Source: an uncultured virus (IMG/VR IMGVR_UViG_3300028805_000102)
Taxonomy: Duplodnaviria > Heunggongvirae > Uroviricota > Caudoviricetes
Direction: 5' to 3' (one strand)
Virus record (IMG/VR): IMGVR_UViG_3300028805_000102
DNA: 20,000 bases
This document shows positions 9,695 through 16,545 of the stretch, one piece after another. How positions within the stretch are numbered: position 1 is the stretch's first letter; each line of letters opens with the position of its first letter. The position numbers and the translations under genes were made by a program. The notes under the pieces are model-generated. The model was not told the origin of the DNA, ran no database searches, and saw only the letters and a list, made by a program, of their open reading frames with translations.

Positions 9695-10702
9695 ATGGAA
9701 AGAAAAAAAGCAATAGAAATTGTAAGAAAGAATTTTCCTGACAGTAGCTTCACTATGTTGTGTGAGGCATTGAAAACCTTAATTCCAGAACTCATAGAGA
9801 TTGAGGATGAGAAGATAAGGAAAGAAATCCTTGAGGATGAGAAGATAAGAAAAGAAATCCTTGATTATTTCAAAGACCTTGATGAACACGGTTATCCGAC
9901 CAAAGAATGGACTGCTTGGGTTGAAAAGCAAGGTAAACAAAAGTCTAAAGACAAATATACATTTAATTCAATACCTCGCTTGCTTGAAATGATTAAGCCA
10001 ACAGATAGAGCAAAAAGATATTGCCAAAAGTTGATTGATTCTTTACAGCAAGAAGGATATGTTACAGATGCTAAGATAATTAGTAAATGTCTAAAACGAA
10101 TGAACGGTGAGAAAGTTTCCATAGTCACTATGGATGAAAAACAAGGAGAACCTGAATCAAATAATAAAGTTGAGCAAAAGTTTGAGACAATGTTCAAGGT
10201 TGGGAATTGGATTGTTACCAATGACGGGATTACTACCAACAATGGTACAAACACGTTTTTAATAACGAATATTAATTGCGGATATGACTCATTAGGAGAG
10301 AATATGATTTATAGACATTACTGCTCATTAGAAGATACTGAAGGTGTTGTTCATTATCCTTGTCTACTATCTGAAAATCTCTACCACCCATGGACCATCA
10401 ACGATGCAAAGGATGGTGACGTAGTTGTCGATAAATCCAATGGAATTATTGGGATATTTCAAAGCATAGGACACCACACCGATGGTGGTAGTTATAATGA
10501 CCCTTCTTATTGTTTCCTACATTGTCGTTATGATGACGGATTCTTTTATGCAGATTTTGAAAATGGAAATATGATTGATTCTGATAATTTAATTCCGGCT
10601 ACTAAAGAACAGCGAAATACTCTCTTTGTAAAAATGAAAGAGGCTGGTTATGAATGGAATGTAAACAAAAAAGAAATAGTTTCAATATCAAAAGATAAAT
10701 AA
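9695..10702 (+). CDS. Modular repeat phage protein, paralog 3
   Basis: The likely start is ATG 9695 (MERKKAIEIV). Contains EDEKIRKEIL twice, WVEKQGKQ, FKVGNW, HPWTINDAKDGDVV, PATKEQR and GYEW. Confidence 0.85.
   Translation: MERKKAIEIVRKNFPDSSFTMLCEALKTLIPELIEIEDEKIRKEILEDEKIRKEILDYFKDLDEHGYPTKEWTAWVEKQGKQKSKDKYTFNSIPRLLEMIKPTDRAKRYCQKLIDSLQQEGYVTDAKIISKCLKRMNGEKVSIVTMDEKQGEPESNNKVEQKFETMFKVGNWIVTNDGITTNNGTNTFLITNINCGYDSLGENMIYRHYCSLEDTEGVVHYPCLLSENLYHPWTINDAKDGDVVVDKSNGIIGIFQSIGHHTDGGSYNDPSYCFLHCRYDDGFFYADFENGNMIDSDNLIPATKEQRNTLFVKMKEAGYEWNVNKKEIVSISKDK
9801..9860 (+). repeat. 30-bp in-frame tandem duplication (EDEKIRKEIL x2)
   Basis: ttgaggatgagaagataaggaaagaaatcc followed by ttgaggatgagaagataagaaaagaaatcc, one mismatch. 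Confidence 0.92.
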
Positions 10703-10787
10703 AATATGTAGGTAGAAAGGTTGATTAGTCCAAGCATGTACAATAATATTGTCTATAAAAATTGGCTTTTGTAAAAATTTTTCAAGA

Positions 10788-10861
10788 TTTTGATCCAACT
10801 TTCAAAAAGTCGTATTATATTTACCTCAACAAATTAACATTAACATTAAAATTAAACGGAT
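10788..10861 (+). promoter_or_regulatory. Repeated phage promoter-leader element, copy 2
   Basis: TTGATC 10790-10795, N17, TATTAT 10813-10818, then the leader tttacctcaacaaattaacattaacattaaaattaaa and ATG 10862. Matches 6081-6155. Confidence 0.75.
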
Positions 10862-11215
10862 ATGAGTACTAAGAACATTTTAACAGATGAAACTGAAATT
10901 GCAATCAATTCATTCAAGAACAGATTGAAATCTTTAGGATTCAAAAAAATAATTGACGGATGTGACTATACTACATACCGTTATGACGAACTATGTGAAG
11001 ACACAAGCAAATCCCTAACATTGGAAATCCAAGAAAAATCAGGAGCAACTACGTACAATTTATACACAACGGACTTTGACAATACTAAACCAAAAGGTCA
11101 TCAGAAATTTATAAAACGTGTATACCGCACAATGGTGTCCTTTAAATATTCTGAAAAAGAATTTGACAAAATCATCAAGAAATACAAATTCTCGACTCTT
11201 AAAAAATCCAAATAA
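10862..11215 (+). CDS. Hypothetical protein
   Basis: 117 aa ORF directly after the repeated promoter-leader element. Confidence 0.75.
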   Translation: MSTKNILTDETEIAINSFKNRLKSLGFKKIIDGCDYTTYRYDELCEDTSKSLTLEIQEKSGATTYNLYTTDFDNTKPKGHQKFIKRVYRTMVSFKYSEKEFDKIIKKYKFSTLKKSK

Positions 11216-11223
11216 TTACGGTT

Positions 11224-11733
11224 ATGACAAAATCAAAAGCATTAAAATTGCTTAAACAGCAATTAGAGAAAGATGATACAGTTCTTATTAGCTTATATGA
11301 TATATATAAGAAAGAGCTTCGATATAATCAAGAAATCGTAGAGACAAGAGGTAAGAGCGACTTTCGTCAAGACCTACAGGATTTTGTAATAGAACAGGTG
11401 AAGGTTTCAGACCTCATCAAAAACTTGAAAAAAGAAGAGGTCAAACTTCAAGATATTGTGATAGACGAAAATAAAATAGCAGAAGAAAAATGCTATATGC
11501 CGGAGCTTCGTCCATCATTGACTTACCAAGTGCTTGTGATGGAGATTGAAAAAATCAAAAAGCCACTAATGATTCCAGCCTACATTGTAGAATCTGTTAA
11601 TGAACTTAGTGACTTCATACATAATCCTGAAAATAAGAAGATTCTCGACACTCACGAATATGCTATGAAGAAAATACTTCATGGTTATATCGCAAATGCT
11701 TTTACATCAGTAAATAACTCAATGTTCAGGTAA
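11224..11733 (+). CDS. Hypothetical protein
   Basis: 169 aa ORF 8 nt after the previous gene; helical, charged composition. Confidence 0.75.
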   Translation: MTKSKALKLLKQQLEKDDTVLISLYDIYKKELRYNQEIVETRGKSDFRQDLQDFVIEQVKVSDLIKNLKKEEVKLQDIVIDENKIAEEKCYMPELRPSLTYQVLVMEIEKIKKPLMIPAYIVESVNELSDFIHNPENKKILDTHEYAMKKILHGYIANAFTSVNNSMFR

Positions 11734-11749
11734 TTAAAAATTTGGAATT

Positions 11750-12244
11750 ATGGAAAATTTTAAGACATTCAAAGAATTCAACTTTGACAAAAATGGATAC
11801 ACGGACCTTACAGGTGACAAACAAGAAATAAAGGATTTTCTTATAAAAAACAAAGACTCTCTTCCTGTAAAGGCTGAAATAATGGCAAATGCAACAGAAT
11901 CAGATACAAAGCTTGCAATGCTCTATAACATCTACGGTCTTGTAGACGACTTCGAAATTATAGGTGACGACTTGTATATCCTGTTCTATCCTGTATATTT
12001 CACATACTACAAATATCATTTTACAAGACCTCTGATACTGAAACATTCCGAGACCGGGAAAAATCTACGTTTCGACAAAATGTTTTCATTCATAGTACCA
12101 TACCTGTCAGACCTGCTTACTGGTGCTTTGATGAACGAAGGCTTTTCAAAAGACAAGGCCATAGAGTGGATGAATAAATCTACCAACAAGGAATACTTTA
12201 AAAAAATGACTGGTAGACAAACAGTGAATCCATATGAAAAGTAA
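11750..12244 (+). CDS. Hypothetical protein with a KTFKEF N-terminus
   Basis: 164 aa. The N-terminus MENFKTFKEF resembles the T4 internal-protein capsid-targeting sequence (MKTFKEF/MKTYQEF). Confidence 0.75.
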   Translation: MENFKTFKEFNFDKNGYTDLTGDKQEIKDFLIKNKDSLPVKAEIMANATESDTKLAMLYNIYGLVDDFEIIGDDLYILFYPVYFTYYKYHFTRPLILKHSETGKNLRFDKMFSFIVPYLSDLLTGALMNEGFSKDKAIEWMNKSTNKEYFKKMTGRQTVNPYEK

Positions 12245-12286
12245 AAAGAAAAATTTGAAAAGTTTCGTAATATAGTTATTAAATGT

Positions 12287-12310
12287 TGTTTATTTAATTA
12301 AACTATAAAG
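12287..12310 (+). promoter_or_regulatory. Candidate promoter TGTTTA-N12-TATAAG upstream of the large RNA
   Basis: The same TGTTTA-N12-TAyAA arrangement occurs at 16451-16474 and 18471-18494, all in intergenic positions. Confidence 0.4.
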
Positions 12311-12389
12311 TCAATAACTTGAAAAGATTTGACAGGAGTTCGAGTTCAAACTATACTCCAATAAGTACATTGAAATAATGATAATTTTA

Positions 12390-13045
12390 TACAGCTTGAC
12401 GGTCTGAAACCTAAGTTTAAATAATTTACTGGAAGAACGCCTGCTTTGTAAAGATGTAGATTGCAATAATTCAATCGTCTGATAAGTAGGATATTACAGC
12501 ATCAAGTTGTATTTTAGAAATAATTTTGTGTGCATAGGCGAGAAATCCCTATGTAGAATCTCCTAAATTCGGTGGAAATCCTTATCCTGATATAGAATCC
12601 TAAAACGGTTATGGATATTTTCTATAAAGAGTAGTCGGGAAGAAAGCACTAACTAATAATGTGTAAGGACTATACCGAGCGAAAATGAGATAAATACGAT
12701 GCCAATAGGAGCATAGAAGTAGTATTACTGTTACGCAATATACAGAATCTTATAATCGTGTAGACTGAAAGGGAGATACATAAAGTTGGAATTGAGATTT
12801 AAGCACCTTTGATGGAGAGGGACGTGAAATGATACTCAGCCTATATGGAATAAGTCACGTTGAAATAGCTAAAATATATCTCTACTTGCAAGAATTTCAA
12901 TATGGTAATATCAGTCAAAACCACAACAAACAATAAGGTTGAAAATCCGAGATTGTGTAAATCGAAAATGTAATTACTTGTCATTAAGTCTTGTAATGAA
13001 TTGTTTGTCTATGGTAACATAGTGTGGTAGGGTTTCACAGACCCA
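12390..13045 (+). ncRNA. Large structured RNA with a group I intron-type core (P2-P9), no evident exons and an end-closing helix
   Basis: Pairings read by eye: P2 tgcatagg 12531-38/cctatgta 12548-55; P3 atctcct 12558-64/gggagat 12771-77; P4 ttcggt 12568-73/accgag 12674-79; P5 tcctta 12579-84/taagga 12664-69; P6 gcga 12679-82/tcgt 12756-59; P6a atgagat/atcttat; P7 gactga 12763-68/tcagtc 12911-16; P8 extension ttggaatt 12786-93/aatttcaa 12893-900; P9 accaca 12920-25/tgtggt 13023-28 and acaaacaat 12926-34/attgtttgt 13000-08; closing helix ggtctgaaacc 12401-11/ggtttcacagacc 13031-43. No ORF of 60 aa or more in the gap. Confidence 0.75.
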
Positions 13046-13113
13046 TTTTAAAACAGTACATTAAAATTTTATGATTTATAAATTCTGAGATGTAGAAGTT
13101 AGAATAAACAGAC

Positions 13114-14010
13114 ATGAAAGTAAAAACAAGAAAATTTCCAGAATGTAATTACAATGCGACATGGATTGACGGTAAAACATTTCGAATGGGAGATGGTTTT
13201 GCTAAAGAATTACCAGCAGACAAATCTGAATTTTATGACATTGCCCTTGGCACAATGTGTAACCTAAATTGTCCGTTTTGTTATGCAGAAGCATCAAACA
13301 ACGGTAAATTCTATGATGATATTTGTCAAAAGGCCGAATTGTTTTTTGGTAACATGTCAGAAAACGACAAGCCGTTTCAGGTGGCAATAGGAAGTTTGGG
13401 TGAACCGACAATACATCCGGATTTTATCAATTTTCTAAAAACAATTGCAAAATTTGATATTGTTCCTAATTACACAACAAACGGAATAACATTAACAACA
13501 GAAAACGATTTCCGTGACGAATTGTTAAGTGTTACAGATAAATTATGTGGCGGTGTTGCCATAAGTACAAACGAATGGAATACAAAGATTCAAGAAACGT
13601 GGAGAAAGGCAGTAGAAAACTTATCATACTTTACAAAGACAAAGATAAATTTACACTATGTTGTTTCAGATGAGAACTCTGTTGTTAGGTTTAAAGAAAT
13701 TTATGACGAATATAAAGATAGAATCTTTTATTTTGTATTACTGCCAATGATGGATTCCGGACGTTGTACACAACGGTATAGCGAGAGCGCTTTTAAAAAA
13801 TTGGAAACTATGTGGAATGATTTCGATGTTTCAAAAATATCATTTGGTGCTCATTTTTATCCATTATTGAAAGAAAGCAAAATAATTAATTGTTCATTGT
13901 ACGAACCTGAATCATTTAGTAAAAATTTGATTCTTGACAATCCAATAACGATTACAAGAAGTAGTTTTGATTTAACAGTTTTAAAAACAATAGAATATGA
14001 AAAGAAATAA
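13114..14010 (+). CDS. Radical SAM superfamily protein
   Basis: CxxxCxxC motif CNLNCPFCY, GGEP-like GSLGEPTIHP and NYTTNG. 298 aa with no C-terminal SPASM cysteine cluster. Confidence 0.92.
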   Translation: MKVKTRKFPECNYNATWIDGKTFRMGDGFAKELPADKSEFYDIALGTMCNLNCPFCYAEASNNGKFYDDICQKAELFFGNMSENDKPFQVAIGSLGEPTIHPDFINFLKTIAKFDIVPNYTTNGITLTTENDFRDELLSVTDKLCGGVAISTNEWNTKIQETWRKAVENLSYFTKTKINLHYVVSDENSVVRFKEIYDEYKDRIFYFVLLPMMDSGRCTQRYSESAFKKLETMWNDFDVSKISFGAHFYPLLKESKIINCSLYEPESFSKNLILDNPITITRSSFDLTVLKTIEYEKK

Positions 14011-14590
14011 AATTTTATTCACGTTTAAAATTCAGAGTTTTTCTGATGTTATTACAAACAGTTCAAGCGAATTGTTTGTATTTGACGACAAAGGAGATGT
14101 AGAAAAAGTAAAAGAAATCCTTGATGGTCTTTATCCTGATTGGAGAAGCGAATATGAAGAGCCTGTCTTATTGAAAGATGCGGATGATGCTTCTGTTGAG
14201 TTATATGCTGAATATCTATTGCCAAGGGGCTGGGATTACGACTATCGTGGAGAAACAACAGAAGAATGCAGAAATCTTCTTCGTCAAGATATTAAACATT
14301 TCTTTAATGAAGACGCAAAAAGATTTTATCCAAATATTGATACTTGGGACCCGAAATATAATTGGAGTAATGATAAAAAGTTTAAAAATAAATTATACGA
14401 AGATTTAACAAGAGAAGAAAGGAGTGAAATATGGAGTAAACACGAACTCGAGTGTGATTATGATGAAGTTGTAAAATACTTAAAAGATAATAGACAAAAT
14501 GAAGTATTATTATTTTCATTAGGTGATAATCCTGATTGGGATATGCAGAAAAAACTTCAAACAGTTGCTAACCGCTATCATTTAGGTTAA
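13997..14590 (+). CDS. Hypothetical protein with IQSFSDVITNSSSELF N-terminal motif, copy 1
   Basis: 197 aa, acidic, overlaps the radical SAM gene by 14 nt. Confidence 0.85.
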   Translation: MKRNKILFTFKIQSFSDVITNSSSELFVFDDKGDVEKVKEILDGLYPDWRSEYEEPVLLKDADDASVELYAEYLLPRGWDYDYRGETTEECRNLLRQDIKHFFNEDAKRFYPNIDTWDPKYNWSNDKKFKNKLYEDLTREERSEIWSKHELECDYDEVVKYLKDNRQNEVLLFSLGDNPDWDMQKKLQTVANRYHLG

Positions 14591-14606
14591 AATTTTAATA
14601 TTAAAA

Positions 14607-14981
14607 ATGAAAAAGAGATTTATTATACAAATTCAGAGTTTTTCTGATGTTATTACAAACAGTTCAAGTGAGTTGTTTGCTGTTGGAGATGTAAACAAAA
14701 CAGCAAAAGAAATAAAAAAATTGCTTATACAAAAGTTTAAAGAATCAGGCGATACGTGTAGTGGCATGGAAGGATACATAGAAGTTACTCCATATGATGC
14801 ACCTGATGATATTAATGATTTTGTAATTACAAGTGATAATCTTAAATATGCACGTTATCTTAAAACTTGGAAGAAACTAAATATACCACAAAAAGGTTTT
14901 TTCATTGATATAGATAAGGGTTTATATAATACGATAGAGTTTATCAGAAATGAATTAAAAGGATATTTATTAGATTATTAA
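14607..14981 (+). CDS. Hypothetical protein with IQSFSDVITNSSSELF N-terminal motif, copy 2
   Basis: 124 aa. Identical 16-aa motif, and 40 identical nucleotides (14028-14067 vs 14629-14668), shared with the previous gene. Confidence 0.85.
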   Translation: MKKRFIIQIQSFSDVITNSSSELFAVGDVNKTAKEIKKLLIQKFKESGDTCSGMEGYIEVTPYDAPDDINDFVITSDNLKYARYLKTWKKLNIPQKGFFIDIDKGLYNTIEFIRNELKGYLLDY

Positions 14982-14998
14982 AAAGTATACTTGTAAAG

Positions 14999-15065
14999 TA
15001 AAAATGAAAAAGAGATTTATTTTACATCAACAAATTAATATTAACTTTAAAATTAAATAATTATG
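14999..15065 (+). pseudogene. Chimeric stub: duplicated start of gene 14607 fused to a promoter-less copy of the repeated leader
   Basis: taaaaatgaaaaagagatttatt at 14999-15021 is identical to 14602-14624. It is followed by tttacatcaacaaattaatattaactttaaaattaaa (15021-15057), matching the leaders at 6113 and 10820, then ATG at 15063. Confidence 0.6.
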
Positions 15066-15067
15066 GA

Positions 15068-16400
15068 AATAGTTCCAAAATCCATAGAAATATGGAAATT
15101 GTTTATAATTTAACAATTACCGGGTGAACTACAACGCCCTCTATCCCATCAAAAAAGACTTTTGGGAATGCTTTTCTCATGATGTTATAGCTTCCGTTCA
15201 CATCGGCATTTATTTTGTTTCCGTTTTCAGAAACAAACAAGCCTCGATGAACACGTTTTCCTTTATAAACATCATGCTTTCCAATTTCTTCCAAATCAAG
15301 GAAACTACATTTGGATGTGTAGCTTTCCTCGTTTGTAATTACTTTTATCCCCACCTTTTCGCATTTGTATGAAACCATCTCGACAAATCTACTGTGAGGT
15401 ATTTGTATGAAGTTCTGGTTGTTTCTTGAACCGGCGTTGCAGTCTTGCTTCCATCCGTCGTTCTTTCCTATAACCAGAACAGATATGCTCTTGTCTTTTA
15501 AATCATTTACTATTCTCTTGCTTGCACGATGCAAGTAGTTGTCAACCTTATTATTCCTTTTGTTTGTAAGTCTTCTTGTCCTGTGTGAATGCTTTTTCTT
15601 ATTGACTTTTTCTAATTTTGACTTATATTTTGCAAGTTCCTTGTTATAGAACTGGTTAATCGATTTCAACGGCTTTCCGTTTATAATTGTCGGCTGTTCT
15701 CCTGATGAATATGTTACTGTAGCAAGATTACTTACTCCTAAGTCTATTGCAGCTATATTCTTGTTGAATTTTACTTTTTCTACATCTTCAATGGTATATA
15801 TTACTTCAATAACATACTGCTCCGTCTTAGGGACAATCCTTATGCAATTTATTGATTTAAAGTTATTTATCTTCGTATAAAATTCTATATCTACTTTTGA
15901 CAGTTTAATTTTATGTGACTTTTCAAAAACCTTCTTTGAAATCGTCTGGTTGTTGAATGTTGCAACATACCTCCCATCTTCCTTATGTAAGAATTTCGGG
16001 AACTTGACGTTTTTGTTATCAATATTTTTTGAACGAAGCATTCCGAAAAAAGAATTGCAAGTTGCATGAACTGATCTTAAAGTCGCTTGCGCAACTTTTT
16101 GAGGAAGCTGTTTGAAGCATTCTTCATTTTTCATGAAGAAATATGAATCATTCAAAATATCATATGTTTTACTTTCCTCGTATTCCTTACGTATCAGATA
16201 CAATGTCCTGTTATATATGTTCTTTGAAGAAAAGCATAGTAAATCACATTCCTTATATAAGGGATGACTTCTTTTAATAATATGTCTTTCCACCAATTGC
16301 ATTTCTGTATAATGATACGTTTACTATTTTATTTATATATTTTCAAAAATACTTGATTTTTAATTTGTTAAATAAATAGAATTATTTCTATAAATTTTCT
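15068..16400 (-). mobile_element. Non-autonomous IS200/IS605-family (IS1341-like) element carrying tnpB only; ends approximate
   Basis: tnpB lies on the opposite strand to its neighbours, with no tnpA in the window. A subterminal hairpin tccata-gaaa-tatgga (15081-15096) lies just past the stop codon. Exact ends cannot be determined without an empty allele. Confidence 0.55.
15103..16302 (-). CDS. tnpB: TnpB RNA-guided endonuclease (IS200/IS605 OrfB), rearranged RuvC-II type
   Basis: N-terminal MQLVERHII...SKNIYN, RuvC-I AAIDLGVSNLA, LVIGKNDGWKQ in place of the usual VIEDL, NEESYTSKCS, and RuvC-III INADVNGSYNI. 399 aa. Confidence 0.93.
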   Translation of the reverse strand: MQLVERHIIKRSHPLYKECDLLCFSSKNIYNRTLYLIRKEYEESKTYDILNDSYFFMKNEECFKQLPQKVAQATLRSVHATCNSFFGMLRSKNIDNKNVKFPKFLHKEDGRYVATFNNQTISKKVFEKSHKIKLSKVDIEFYTKINNFKSINCIRIVPKTEQYVIEVIYTIEDVEKVKFNKNIAAIDLGVSNLATVTYSSGEQPTIINGKPLKSINQFYNKELAKYKSKLEKVNKKKHSHRTRRLTNKRNNKVDNYLHRASKRIVNDLKDKSISVLVIGKNDGWKQDCNAGSRNNQNFIQIPHSRFVEMVSYKCEKVGIKVITNEESYTSKCSFLDLEEIGKHDVYKGKRVHRGLFVSENGNKINADVNGSYNIMRKAFPKVFFDGIEGVVVHPVIVKL

Positions 16401-16449
16401 ATAATGTTATATAAAATATATGAAGTTTAACAATACAATTATTATATTG

Positions 16450-16542
16450 TTGTTTATTATTTTAAGATTACAATTTAATATTACAGATATGGCCCTAAGA
16501 AAAATAACGGACAGAAGGAATGTACAATTTTTAAATAACTGA
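16450..16542 (+). pseudogene. Truncated, frameshifted duplicate of the upstream region and start of gene 18525
   Basis: ttgtttattattttaagattacaatt...ttacagatatggccctaagaaaaataacgga at 16450-16511 matches 18470-18547. It encodes MALRKIT (vs MPLRKIT), then shifts frame and stops at 16542. Confidence 0.65.
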
Positions 16543-16545
16543 ACT

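Noticed and set aside
6703..10702. Diversity-generating retroelement or CRISPR array explaining the repeats
   Set aside because: There is no reverse transcriptase or cas gene. Differences between the 180-bp copies are not adenine-specific, and the repeats are in-frame coding modules without a repeat-spacer period.
12331..12362. tRNA or tmRNA 3'-end look-alike (gacaggaGTTCGAg...ctcca)
   Set aside because: GTTCGA is not enclosed by a proper 5-bp T stem, and no acceptor, D or anticodon arms can be built upstream. It is at most a degenerate relic or a simple hairpin.
12390..13045. Direct assignment of the large RNA as ROOL, GOLLD, RNase P or tmRNA
   Set aside because: No RNase P or tmRNA signature was found, and ROOL/GOLLD identity cannot be supported without a covariance-model search. 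Only the group I-type core is directly evidenced.
15063..15113. MEIVPKSIEIWKLFII mini-ORF as a real or interrupted gene
   Set aside because: Most of it lies within the presumed right end and hairpin of the tnpB element, and no continuation was found on the far side of the element.
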